A DNA stretch of 64,000 nucleotides from an uncultured bacterium (GTDB taxonomy: Bacteria; Krumholzibacteriota; Krumholzibacteriia; LZORAL124-64-63). The stretch is from assembly GCA_963772145.1 (NCBI GenBank), contig CAVYVY010000025.1, positions 165,315-229,314 of the forward strand, in the 5' to 3' direction. The notes below the pieces were generated by a model. The model saw only the letters and a program-made list of their open reading frames with translations, was not told the origin of the DNA and did not search any database. The stretch's first letter is position 1. Every line of letters begins with the position of its first letter. Made by a program: the position numbers and the translations under genes. Below, one piece after another: positions 40,590 through 52,123 of this stretch.

Positions 40590-42492
40590 CCAGAAGCGCG
40601 CCGGGCGGCCGGCGCAGCCGCCATCGCGGTCGCCTGGGGCTGGCGTTCTCCAGCGCGCATCAGCAGCCGTTCCGCCTCCGCGGCCAGCGCCGCCGGGGAG
40701 GCGGACGAGTCCCGGCCGGCAAAACGCGCCTCATCACAGGCGCGCAGAACGTGCGCCAACCGTTCCCCCACCTCGGCGAGCCCGAGAGCCGCCGCGTGCT
40801 CCCGCAGTTCACCTGCACCGACGGCAGTGGCCGGACGATCGGTGCAGTCCCCGACGTAGCCGACGATCGCGTGGGCGATGTCGGCCGGCGCCCCCGCGCC
40901 ACCATCCCCGCCGACGGCCCGCCGCAGACGACGCCGGGCCTCGGCCAGGGCGAGCGTCCGGCGCCGGGCGGCGGGATCACGCGCGAGGCGCCGCTCCCGC
41001 CGACGGCGCAGATCGAGCACCCCGAGCGCCAGCGGCGGCACCAATAACGCCGCCCACCAGCCTGGTCGCGCCGGCAAAGGCTCGTCCGCGCAGCCGCGGA
41101 CGCAGCCGGTACGGGGATGCTCCACCGCCGGTTCACGCGCCGCTCGCGCGTCCGCTCCGTCGGCCAGCGCGACCGACCGCGCGGCGCCGCCTGGTCCGAC
41201 GCTCAGGTCACCCGGCTCCGCCTGCGCCGTGGCATATCTGCCGCGCGTCGGATCGAAGTAGGAGAATTGAACCGGCGGCAGGTGCACGGTCCCCTCGTCC
41301 TGGGGCACGAGCACTTTCTCCTCCCGGTAGTGACTGACCAGGCGATCGCCGCTGCGATCGACCTCGAAGCGATCGCCCGCGTCGTGGACTTCGATCCCCG
41401 GCAACGACGGCAGAGGCACCCCCGCCAGACCCTTCAGGAATCCGTCGGCCTGGAGTTCGACGGTCAGCGTGAGCGGCTCGCCGCGAGGCACCCGCGCCTG
41501 GGAGAGCCTGGCCGCGAGGGTCGCGCGGGTGGCGACGATCCCGCTGAACGCCGCGGGGCGGGGCTCGGGCAGGGCCATGACCTCCAGGGTGAGCGCCCCC
41601 GTGCGCAACAGACGCGGCAGCTCCGGCGCGGTCGAGCGGCCGAAGAAACGGTCGAAGCGGGAGAACGGATTGTCCGGAAGCGAAACCTCGGCCGGCTCGA
41701 TGATGAGACGCCCCGCGCGCGTCGGAAAAAGGGCGTACCGGATTTCGGTGACCTCGTAGCGGGCGCCGGCCACCGTCACGGCAGAAATTGCGCTCCGGGG
41801 TGAGATCCTCGCGCCAGAACCCCTCACTGCGGGGCGGACGGTACTGCGGCGCATCCCATAGCGGCACCCGACGGTGAAAACGGAACGCGACCACGACCTG
41901 CTCCCCGATCCAGGCGCGCGAGCGATCCGCGGTCAGGGTGACGAACAGCGGGTCGCCCGGACCTCCGGCGCTCCCATCCGAGCGGGAGCGCGAGCCAGGC
42001 CGGGTGGGAGTCGCCGTGACCGACGGCTGGCCGGACGCGGACGCACGCACCGCCGGCCGCACCTGGCACGACCTCGATCGGAATGGGCCGGGTCGCGTAA
42101 TCCTGTCCGTCGACCCGGAGCGTCAGCGCCGGGATGGTGAAGGAACGGTCGCGCCGCACCTCGATCACATAGGAAAAACTCAGGCTCCCTTTCCGCTGGC
42201 CGTCGATCAGCGTGAAACTCCGGCTCGTGCCCCCCTCCCGCACGATCACGCCTTCGAGGGAGGGCAGGACGGGCGGCGCCACGTCCTGGAACGTCCCATC
42301 GAGGGAGATCGTCAGGAGAATCTGCTCACCCGGAGACACCCGGGCACGGTCCGTCTGCGCCGTGCAGATCAGGGCCGCGGCGACCGCAGGGGTGATCATC
42401 AGGCCGAGCGCGAGGATCAGTCCCAACACCGACGCGCGACCGCCTCTCGCCCGTCCTGACAGGGCCGGAAAACCGCAGGGCCCCCTTACCAT
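40590..42492 (-). CDS. batD: BatD-like oxygen-tolerance protein; apparent frameshifts, 3' end approximate
   Basis: Signal peptide plus conserved BatD blocks spread over ORFs 41824-42492, 41208-42062 and 40289-41854 (for example YEVTEIRYALFPTRAGRLIIEPAEVS and the C-terminal TM LLVPPLALGVL followed by RRRR). Confidence 0.55.
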
Positions 42493-43330
42493 CGTTTCCC
42501 ACCTGCCCCCGGGGTGCCTTTGACCCGTTTCTGAACCGATCGACGCAACTCCGTCTCGTCACGATCCAAAGCGCGCAGCAGATCGAGCGCCTGATCCCGG
42601 GTCATCTCACCGGGACCCGCGCGGCCGCCGGCGGCCGCGGCCGCCTCCGCCGTCGACGACGGCGCGCCTCCTCCTGGTCCCCGGCAGCCCCGCTCGATCC
42701 GGGGGGAGGGGGAGTCGGGCGCTCCGGCGGCCGGACTCCCCGCGGATCCCTCCGGCGGTGATGGCTGTGAAGAGGACGGTTCCCCACCTGCCGACGGATC
42801 CTGTCCGGTCTGCGGAGATCCCGCCTCCTTGTCCGGGGAGGAGTCGTCCCCCTGCTGCGGCTGACCCTGCTCCCCCGGGGAGGGCGCCTGCCTCGCCGCT
42901 TCGCGCAACGCGATCTCGAGGTTGCGCAGAGCATCCTCCCGCCCCGGGTCGAGAGTCAGCGACTGGCGCAGGGCTTTCACGGCCGCATCGGTCTGTCCGG
43001 CCGCGAGCAGGGAGGTGCCGGCGTTGTAAAGACTTTCGGCGCGCAGATCAGGGCGATCCGCGCGAGCCGCCGCCCGACGGAATTCGTCGACCGCCTCAGG
43101 GGAGCGCCCGAGTCGCGCCAGGGTCTCGCCAACGGCAAGCGTCAGGCGGGGGTCGTTCGGATTCAGCGCCCGCGCGGAAGTGAACGCCCGCAGCGCCTCC
43201 TCGTAGCGACCCTCCCGGTAGAGGGCGCGACCGCGATCGGCCTCCACCGCCCCCGGCGGACGCAGGCCGGGTGGGGTCGGCGCGGCGCGCGCGCCGGAGG
43301 CCGCGAGGATCAGCAGGGCCAGTCCGATCA
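42486..43330 (-). CDS. batC: BatC-like TPR protein
   Basis: Intact. Signal/TM MIGLALLILAASGARA, TPR repeats, then a low-complexity acidic/Pro-rich C-terminus. Confidence 0.55.
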
Positions 43331-43399
43331 TCCCGACCGGCGCCGCGACACGCCGCCGCCGCCACCGCGCGCGGGACGCGCCGGTCGATCCCGCGGGGC

Positions 43400-44435
43400 T
43401 CCCCCACGGCCGACGCGGGCCGCCGCCGGGGCAGCAGGAACAGCAGGTCGCGCGCGACCAGGCAGAACAGGGCCAGTCCGAGCGGCCAGACGAAGCGCTC
43501 CGCGTACGCGGCGATGCGTCGCTCCACCAGGTCACGTTCGCCGAGACGCAACACCTCCGCGCGCAGCCTGTCGACCTCGAGACCCGCGGGACCCGACGGC
43601 AGGACCACGCCATCGGTGGCCCGGGCGAGCTGCTCGAGCACGGCGGGATCGGCCCGCGAGAGCACCACCTGACCGGCGTCATCCTTGAGATAGCCGGCCG
43701 CCCGGCCGGCGGCGTCACGCAGCGGGAGCAGGCCGCCCCGCGGACTCCCCGACCGGCACGGCCAGGATCGCCACGTCCGCCTCCCGGCAACGCCTCGCCT
43801 CCGCCTCCCAGCCACCGCCGAAGTCCTCGCCATCGCTCACCAGGATGATCGCCCGGCGGGCCGTCGCCGCCCCCGCGCCGGCGCCGCGTTCGAGCAGTTC
43901 ACGCGACGTGGCGAGGGCCTGGGCGATTCCGGTGCCCTGGGCCGTGATCATGTCCGGCTCGGCCTGACCCAGGAAAAGGCGCGCCGTCGCATGGTCGAGC
44001 GTGAGCGGACACTGCACGAACGACGCCCCGGCGAACAGGACCAGGCCGACCCGGCCCCGCCCGAGCCGCGCCAGGAAATTGTCGAGACCGGCCCGGGCCT
44101 GCAGCAGGCGGCTCGGCGCCACATCCTCGGCGAGCATGGAATTCGAGATATCGAGCGCGATGACCACGTCGGTCCCCCGCTCGCGGATTGTCACCTCGCG
44201 CGCGCCCCACTGCGGCCGCGCCAGCGCCAGCACGAGCGCCCCGCCGGCCACCAGCAGCAGGAGACGGCGACGCGCCCGCAGACGCGGCCGCTCCCCCTCC
44301 ACGTGCTCCGCGGCCCGTGGCCCCAGGAGCGCCTGCAGGGCGCGCCGCGCCCGGCCGTCGCTGACCCGCCAGCAGCAGCCAGAGCAGCGGCAGCACTACG
44401 AGCAGGAACAGCCATCCGTGCGCCGCGAAGCGCAT
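43400..44435 (-). CDS. batB: BatB-like vWA-domain protein; apparent frameshifts, 3' end approximate
   Basis: MRFAAHGWLFLLVVLPLLWLL N-terminal TM (ORF 43899-44435). vWA MIDAS (VVIALDISNSM...LVSDGED) in ORF 43715-44302. C-terminal TM region in ORF 43096-43833. Confidence 0.6.
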
Positions 44436-44448
44436 CGTGATCCCCTCC

Positions 44449-45440
44449 CTAGGGCAGCCGGCGCAGCAGCGTGGCGCCCAGCGCCGCCTCCAGCAGCAGC
44501 AGCATCAGGGCCGGCACGCCGCAGACGGCCATCAATTCGCGGTAATTGGTGCTCACGGTCGTCTGGTACCGGCTCTTCTCCAGCCGGTCGATGGTGGCGA
44601 AGATCGCGCGCAGCGCTTCCGGATCCTCGGCCCGGAAGTACTCGCCGCCGGTCGTGGCGGCGATCCGCCGCAGCAGCGCCTCGTCGATGTGCGTCTCGAT
44701 GCGGGTCAGTCGCCGCCCCAGCAGCGGATCGTCGACCGGGTAGGGGGCGTACCCCTCGCGTCCCACGCCCACGGTGTAGACGCGCACGCCGAGCGCCCGC
44801 GCCAGTTCGGCCGCCGTCGCCGGCTCCAGCGTCGGCACGTTGTTGAGCCCGTCCGTGAGCAGGATCACGGTCCGGCTGAGGGCCGTCGACTGCTTCAACC
44901 GGTTCGACGGCGGTGGCGAGCCCGAGGCCGATCGCGGTGCCGTCCTCGATCAGTCCCACCTGCACCTCGTCCAGGAAGCCGAGCAGCACGGTGCGATCGA
45001 CGGTGAGCGGGCACTGGGTGAAGGCACGCGAGGCGAAAACGACCAGGCCGATGCGATCGGTCGGCCGCTGCGTCACGAATTCCCGGATCACCTGCTTGGC
45101 GACGCCGAGCCGGTCCTGCGGCTGAAAATCGAGCGCGCGCATGCTGCCGCTGATGTCGAGGGCGACGACGATGTCGATCCCCTCGCCTTCCACCTCGCGG
45201 GTGCTGTGCGCGAGACGCGGCCGGGCGAGCGCGACGAACCACGAGCACCAGCGCGGCCAGGCGCAGGCCGAACAGGATCCGCCCCGCGCGAATCCGCCAG
45301 CCGCCCGCGTCGGTCGGCAGCAGCGCCAGGCTGGGGTGGCGCAACGCCGCGCGCACCCGCGGACGCCGCCGCGCCAGAAGCAGCAGCGTGGCCAGCGCCG
45401 GAGCGAGCAGCAGCACCCACGGGTGCGCGAATTCAAGCAT
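44449..45440 (-). CDS. batA: BatA-like vWA-domain protein; apparent frameshifts
   Basis: MLEFAHPWVLLLAPALATLLLL (ORF 44895-46208), vWA DIVVALDISGSM (ORF 44396-45508), C-terminal VILLTDGLNN...TM in ORF 44449-44898. Confidence 0.6.
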
Positions 45441-45520
45441 CGCGCCCCTCCCCGTCCGCGGATCCGACCGTCCTGCCCACGCCCGGCAGGGCGCCCAGAC
45501 GCGCCCACGCGGCCTCGCCT

Positions 45521-46500
45521 TCAATGAGCAGCGGCGCCGGCACGACCGTGAAGCGGGCCGGCGACCCGTCCGGCGGCGACCAGCGCGACCGCCTCCGCCA
45601 GCAGCGCCTGGCAGGTCGCGGACGTCGCCGCCCCGGGCGCGAATCGCCGCGCGTCGCAGCCTCTCAGCAGGCGCTCGCCGGCGGCCGCGAGCGGCGCCGG
45701 GTGGCCGAGCGCGGTCAGCGCCGCGGCGATCTCGTCGGGCGTCAGGGTCGGCGCCGGCACGCGGTAGCGCGCGCGCAGATAGAGTCGGATCTCGCCCGCG
45801 AGCCGATCGAGGAAACGGCGCCCTTCGCCCCGCGCCGGCAGCGCCTCGTCGACCAGCGCGCGCAGCGCGCGCGCGGCGGCCAGATAGGCGGGCGGCGGCA
45901 ACGGGGCATCGACCGGCCCGGCCGGCGCGTGGCGCCGGCGCCAGCGCCGCGCCAGCAGCAGCGACGAGGGCGACGGCGACGAGAGCCAGCAGCGCCAGAC
46001 GCCGGCCCCGCCAGCCCAGACCGCGCGGATCCCGCACCGGCGCCGGCGGCGCGGCCGCCGGCAGGCGCGGGCGCACGTTCACGACGGCGGAAAGCAGCTC
46101 CGGCTGCCCCGCCCAGCCGAAGCGCAGCGGACCGGACCGGTACGCGCGCGCGCGGCCCACCACGCGCGCGCCGGAATCCGGGGGCGGCCAGCCGCGCGGC
46201 GGCGCCAAACGCGCCCCGGCGCCGCGCCGCCCCGATCAGCTGCGGGAGATTCCCACTCCAGCCAGTCCGCGCCCGCGGCCGCAGAGGGGCGAAGGCACGG
46301 CACGTCCCGGCCAGGGCCACCCAGAACGGATCGCCGAAGGAGACCGTGTCGGGCCAGACCAGGATGGCGCGGGGAGCGACCGTCCCGGCCGCCCCGGCCA
46401 GCAGGGCCGTCGCGGTGTCGGACGGGGACGACGGACGACGCCGGGCCGGCGGCGGCGCGCGTGACTGCCGCCGACTGGCGACGACGCCCAGCCACACCGC
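45521..46500 (-). CDS. hypothetical membrane protein, DUF4381-like (usual third gene of Bat operons); frameshifted, boundaries approximate
   Basis: C-terminal RLYLRARYRVPAPTLTPDEIAAAL (ORF 45521-45901) resembles the DUF4381 C-terminus. An upstream TM segment (LALLALVAVALVAAAGAAL) sits in another frame. Confidence 0.3.
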
Positions 46501-46537
46501 CAGCGATCGCCGCCGCGACGCCCCTCGCGAGGCCGCC

Positions 46538-47452
46538 TCACGGTCCTCTCCTGAGGCGCCGCTGGCGGCGGGCGAAGAAGGACTGCAGCGGGATCACATA
46601 GGAACGGGTGGCGTCCACTTCGACCAGATCGACCCCCAGCCGCAGCAGGAGCCGCTCGAGGCCGGCGTCGTGCGCGGCGGCCCGCGCGGCCGCCTCCCGG
46701 CGCGTCCGCTCGCGGTCGGTGTCGACGAGACGGGTCTCGCCGGTCTCCGCGTCGATCCAGCGCACCAGCCCGGCAGGGGCCATCCCGGTCTCCCGCGGAT
46801 CGCGCACCCGCACCGCCACGCAATCGTGGCGCCGGGTCACGACGCGCAGGGAGGTGGCGAAGTCGGGCGTCCAGAAATCGGAAACCAGGAAGACCGTGGC
46901 GCGCCGCTTCACGACCGAGCCGAGCATGCGCAGCGGGGCGTTGAGATCGGTGCCGCGCCCCACGGGGCGCGCGGCGAGCAGTTCCCGGATCACCCGCAGC
47001 ACGTGGCCCCGCCCCCGCGCCGGCGGGATGAACAGTTCCACCTGATCGGAGAAGAGGACCAGCCCCACCTTGTCGCGGTTGGTCACGGCCGCCAGAGCGA
47101 GCACGCCGCACAGCTCGGCCACGATCTCGGCCTTGTCGCGCGGCCCGGTGCCGAAGCGGCCCGAGCGCGAGACGTCGACGACCAGCATCACCGTCAGCTC
47201 CCGCTCCTCGTCGAACACCTTGACGAACGGGTGCCCGGTGCGCGCCGTCACGTTCCAGTCGATCGACCGCACGTCGTCGCCCGGGACGTACTCCCGCACT
47301 TCGCGGAAGGCCACGCCCCGGCCGTGGAAGACCGAGTGGTACTCGCCCGAGAAGGTTTCGTCGACCAGGCGCCGCGCGCGGATCTCGATGCGGCGGACCG
47401 CCTCGAGGATCTCGCGCGGGATGGCGGTGGGCGGCGTTTCCTGCCGCGCCAT
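46538..47452 (-). CDS. DUF58 domain protein (MoxR-associated)
   Basis: Intact 304 aa. GEYHSVFHGRGVAFREVREYVPGDDVRSIDWNVTAR is the DUF58 signature. Starts 2 nt after the moxR stop. Confidence 0.75.
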   Translation of the reverse strand: MARQETPPTAIPREILEAVRRIEIRARRLVDETFSGEYHSVFHGRGVAFREVREYVPGDDVRSIDWNVTARTGHPFVKVFDEERELTVMLVVDVSRSGRFGTGPRDKAEIVAELCGVLALAAVTNRDKVGLVLFSDQVELFIPPARGRGHVLRVIRELLAARPVGRGTDLNAPLRMLGSVVKRRATVFLVSDFWTPDFATSLRVVTRRHDCVAVRVRDPRETGMAPAGLVRWIDAETGETRLVDTDRERTRREAAARAAAHDAGLERLLLRLGVDLVEVDATRSYVIPLQSFFARRQRRLRRGP

Positions 47453-47454
47453 GC

Positions 47455-48442
47455 TCAGGGCACCTCGATGCCCTCGAACAGCGACGTCACGACGTCGTCG
47501 CTGGTGAGCCGCTCCGCCTCGGCCTCGTAGGTGACGAGGACGCGGTGGCGCAGCACGTCGTGCCCGCACGCCTTGACGTCCTCCGGCATGACGTAGGTCC
47601 GCCCCTGCAGCAGCGCCCGCGCGCGCGAGGCCTGCGTGAGCGCCAGGGTGGCGCGCGGCGAGGCGCCCCAGGCGATCAGCGGCCCGAGCCCCAGCCCGAA
47701 GGCGCCGGGTCGCGCGTGGCGAAGACGAGGTCGAGGATGTAGTCCTTGATCTTCTCGTCGACGTAGACATCCCCCACCGCCGCGCGGATCTCCGCCAGCT
47801 CGGGCGGGGCGATCACCGGCCGCACCGCCGGCGCCTCGCGACCGGCCATGCGCTCGAGGATCAGCCGCTCCTCCTCGCGGCTGGGATAGCCGACCCGCAG
47901 CTTGAGCAGGAAGCGGTCGACCTGCGCCTCGGGCAGGGGATAGGTCCCCTCCTGCTCGATCGGATTCTGGGTGGCCAGCACCAGGAACGGATCCGGCAGC
48001 GGGAAGGTCGTCTCGCCGATCGTGACCTGGCGCTCCTGCATCGCCTCGAGCAGCGCGCTCTGCACCTTGGCGGGGGCGCGGTTGATCTCGTCGGCCAGGA
48101 TGATGTTGGTGGAAGATCGGCCCCTTCTTGACGGTGAACTCGCCGGTCTCGCGGCGATAGATGGTGGTGCCGATGATGTCGGCCGGCAGCAGGTCGGGCG
48201 TGAACTGGATGCGCTGGAAGCTGGCGTCGATGGCGCCCGGCCAGGGTGCGCACCGCCAGCGTCTTGGCCAGGCCCGGCACGCCCTCGAGCAGCACGTGGC
48301 CGCCGGTGAGCAGCCCCAGCAGCAGCCCCTCCAGCATCGACCGCTGCCCCACGATGACCCGGCCGGCCTCGGCCAGCACCTCTTCGAGGCGCCGGGAAAG
48401 CTCCCCGGCGCGGCTCCTGTCGAGCGTCTGATCGCTTGGCAT
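47455..48442 (-). CDS. moxR: MoxR-family AAA+ ATPase; split over 3 frames by apparent indels
   Basis: Walker A region [20 protein letters not shown] (ORF 47861-48442), middle [28 protein letters not shown] (ORF 47676-48065), C-terminal segment in ORF 47455-48597. Confidence 0.8.
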
Positions 48443-48638
48443 GGCTTCCTTCCGTGGCTTGCCCCGGGCACGATCGCCGGGCGGGCCTTCAACGCAGCCG
48501 GCCCGCCCCGGTTCCCGCGGCGCGCCCTACGGTAGTCGAGGGAAAAGCACTTGCCAAGACCGGCCCGAAGGCTTTTGATAGGCGCCGTCGCCGCCACGTG
48601 GCCAACCGCCGCGCGGCGCCGGCACCTGGAGGCATCCT

Positions 48639-48920
48639 GTGAGGCTCTCCTCGCGCAAGGTCGAATACCTGAGCGACAAAATCCTGAAGTTGATTCAGGA
48701 CAATCGGAACATGCATCTCGTCACGCACCCCGATCTGGCGCAACGCGCGGTCGCCGACACCATCCGGGCCAATCTGCGCGCCGAGGAGGAACTCGAAGAC
48801 GAAGTCGAGCGCCTGCTGGACGCGCACCGCGGGGAAATCCAGGGTCAGGAGATGGACCTGACCGTGCTGCGCCAGAAGATGAAGCGCGAACTGGCGCGCA
48901 AGCGGGGATTCACACTCTAG
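48639..48920 (+). CDS. DUF507 family protein
   Basis: 93 aa starting [21 protein letters not shown] (GTG start, TGGAGG RBS) and ending ...[15 protein letters not shown], the typical DUF507 pattern. Divergent from moxR. Confidence 0.55.
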   Translation: MRLSSRKVEYLSDKILKLIQDNRNMHLVTHPDLAQRAVADTIRANLRAEEELEDEVERLLDAHRGEIQGQEMDLTVLRQKMKRELARKRGFTL

Positions 48921-48956
48921 GCAGCGTCCCCCTGGGGCGACCGGAGGCGGCGCGGC

Positions 48957-49244
48957 ATGAGGCTGACGGAGGAACGGGTGGCGGCTCTCGCCCGCCAGAT
49001 CTGCGAAGCCCTCCTCGAACGAGGAGCACGTCGACCTCGAGATCACCGAGGAGCGGTTCCGTTTTCCTGATCGAGAATCTCATTCTCGAAGACATGCGCA
49101 CCGAAGAGCGGATCGACGCCGAGGCCACGCAGTGGCTGCGACATCAACAAGACCTACCTGCAGGAGGGCACGCCCGACTGGGAGCTCGCCCTCGAAAAGG
49201 TCCGCGACGACCTCGCGATCGCCAAGGGCTACGTGATCCACTGA
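48957..49244 (+). CDS. second DUF507-like paralog (tandem); 2 apparent frameshifts
   Basis: ATG at 48957 with GGAGG RBS: MRLTEERVAALARQICEALLE... Continues in other frames as FLIENLILEDMRTEERIDAEA and ...WELALEKVRDDLAIAKGYVIH-stop at 49242. Confidence 0.4.
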
Positions 49245-49266
49245 GGCGCCGGGGAGGTCGGGACAC

Positions 49267-50512
49267 ATGCGGGTCCTGATCGTATCTCCCTACCTGCCGC
49301 ATCGCAGCGTCGGGCATGGCGGCGGGGTTTCGGTGCGCGAGCTGGCCCGCCACCTGGCCCGCCGGCACGAAACGCATCTGCTCGCTCTCCTGCGCCCGGG
49401 GGACGCCGGCCGGGTCGCCGAAGTCGCCGAGCTGGGGGTCCAGGTCCACACCATCCCGTTCTCCGACCGGGGCGCCTCCGGCGCGCGATCGGCTCACCCT
49501 GTTCGCCGCCCGCGCCCAGGCCTGGCTGCGCAGCCGGCGGTCGGGCTACCCCTACTATGTCGAGAAATACCATTCCCGCCGCGCTTTCCCGCGCCGTCGT
49601 CGACGGCCGTGGACCGGCTGCGCCCGGACGTGGTCCAGATCGAGTACCTCCAGCTCTCCCTGCTGTGCCGGGATCTGCGCGCCTGGCGGGAACAGGCCGG
49701 AACCGACCGGTCCGCGCCTGGTCCTCAACAGCCACGAACTCGGCGCCCTGCCGCTGCGGCGACGCGCGCTGATCACCCGGAACGCCCCCCTCAGGGCGCT
49801 GCTCGCCGCGCGCGCCCGCGCCTGGGAACGGCTGCAGACGGCGGCCACCCGCTGGGCCGACGTCACGCTCTGCGTCACGGACCAGGACCGCGCCCTGCTC
49901 GAGGCGGGAGGAGGCCGCCGTTGCGTGACGGTGCCCCTGGGCATCGACACCGCGGCCATCCGTCCGGTCTGGGATCCCCAGGACCCGCCACGACTGCTCT
50001 TTGTCGGCAGTTTCGGACATCGCCCCAACCGGGTGGCAGCGAAATTTTTGGTTGACAAGGTCTGGCCCAACATCGCCCAATGCAACGCATTCGCTCAGCT
50101 TGTGCTTGCCGGACGCGGCTCCGATGTGTTTCTTTCGGGGCTGAACCGACAGCCGGAGCGGGTGCAGGCGCTGGGTTACGTCGAGGATCTGACCCCGCTC
50201 TTTCGCGAGTGCCGGCTCTTCGTGGCCCCGCTCGCCGAGGGGGGCGGCATCAAGATCAAGATCCTGGAGGCCATGGCCCGTGGCATCCCGGTCTTGACGA
50301 CGCCCATCGGGGCGGAAGGGATCGTCGACTCGGCCGAGGACGCGCTCGCGATCGCGGGCGCGGACGCGACCTTCGCCGAGGCGATGATCCGGGTTCTGGC
50401 GGCGCCGGAAGCCGCGCGCGGGCGGGCCGAGCGCGCCCGGCGGATCATTGAACAGCGTTTCAGTTGGTCGGCCATCACGGAGAGGCTGACCACTCTCTAC
50501 GAGGGGGGGTGA
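49267..50512 (+). CDS. glycosyltransferase family 1 (GT4-like); apparent frameshifts
   Basis: N-terminal MRVLIVSPYLPHRSVGHGGG (ORF 49267-50055). C-terminal GT1 fold with E-x7-E region (GGGIKIKILEAMARGIPVLTTPIGAEG) in ORF 49316-50512. Confidence 0.65.
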
Positions 50513-50620
50513 TCGATCGCGAACGAGTCAAAGGGCAGGCTCCCGCGGGGAGCCGACAGGTACCCCTGAGGAACCTTTGATGAGCAGCAGATCGATGGCT
50601 TAGACGAAGGAGCGTTCACG

Positions 50621-52034
50621 ATGTTCAAGCGACTCATGTTTCTGATCCTGTGCCTGGCCATGCTGGTCGGGATGGGATTGGCCACGACCGCGGCGATCGC
50701 CGGCGACGGCATGTACGGCGAAATGCGCTACCGCTGGGAAGGGTTCAAGAATTTCGACGACTGGTCCAGCGACAACGACGACAATTTCGGCTTCGCGCAC
50801 GTGCGTTCCCGCCTCGGCTACAGCACCGAGATCGGCGAGCGTGGCCTGTTCAACATGTCGGTGCAGAACACCCGCGTGCTGGGCTACGACGGCTACTACT
50901 ACATCTACGACGAAGGCCGGCGAATGGATGTTCAACGGCAACATGCCGTGATCCTCAACGAGGGCTATCTGGGCATTTCCGACTTCCTGTTCAACGGCTT
51001 CGACGTCTACGCCGGCCGCTTCGCCCTCGCGTACGGCCGCGAGCGGGTCATCGGCGCCGAGGAGTGGACCTTCGATTCGGAGCATCCGCTTCGACGGCTT
51101 CAAGGGCCACTACGTGTTCGAGAAGGGCTGGTTCGACCTGCTCTGCCTGAAGCTGAACGAGACCTTCATGGACAAGTACATGGCAGGATACGGGCGACCT
51201 GGACCTGCGCGGCATCTACGCGCACTTCGACGCTCGCCGAGGGCATGTACATCGAGCCCTACGTCCTGATGATGTCCATGGACAACTACCAGGACTACGA
51301 TGAATCGACGATGAACTTGTCGACGTGGCGAACGACAACTACTTCACGTTCGGCGCCCTGTTCGACTACATGAGCGACTCCGGCCTGCACTTCTACGCCG
51401 AAGGACTCATGACCAACGGCACCGAACACGATTCGTGGGGCGCCGACTACGAGTGGGACGCGTCGACGCTCGGCTTCTACACCGGCCTGTTCTACGAGTT
51501 CGAGTCGACGCTGAAGCCGTTCATCGGCGCCGAGTTCAACTACGCCAGCGGCAGCGAAGAACGCCGACGACGACAACCACGAGGACAAGACCTTCTTCTC
51601 GCCGTTCGGCTCCGACAGCTCGTACATGGGCATCATGGACATGGTCGACTGGGCCAACACGGCGACGATCCGCTTCTCGGGCGGCCTCACGCCGGTCGAA
51701 GGCACCGACGTCAAGCTGGACTTCTACCTGTTCAAGCTCGCCACCGACGAGGACCGCGCTTACGGATACAACTTCGAGAATCTCGGCAACTACTACGGGA
51801 CCTCCGGGTACTACGATTTACTACCCCAACGGCCTGTACGGCGACAGCGTCGACGGCGTCTACACCTCGAAGAGCGTGGGCACGGAGATCGACTTCTTCG
51901 TGAACCACAAGATCGAGGACGGCGTTTCGCTCGAGGGCGGCGCGGCGATGTTCTCGTTCGGCGACTATTTCGGCGCCGACAACACGTTCGATTCGCTGCT
52001 CTACGGCTGGCTGGGCGCCAAGGTCGAGTTCTAG
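50621..52034 (+). CDS. outer-membrane beta-barrel protein, alginate-export-family-like; split over 3 frames
   Basis: Signal peptide MFKRLMFLILCLAMLVGMGLATTAAIA, GEMRYRWEGF-type motif, alternating aromatic beta-strand pattern, C-terminal ...YGWLGAKVEF ending in Phe (ORFs 50621-51373, 51325-51903, 51435-52034). Confidence 0.45.
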
Positions 52035-52123
52035 GACTCGTCCGCCGGCACTGCCGGTCATGAAAAGCCGGGCGGTCCCTCGGGGCCGCCCGGCTCGCTT
52101 TTCGGTCCAGCCGAGCGGCGGGA

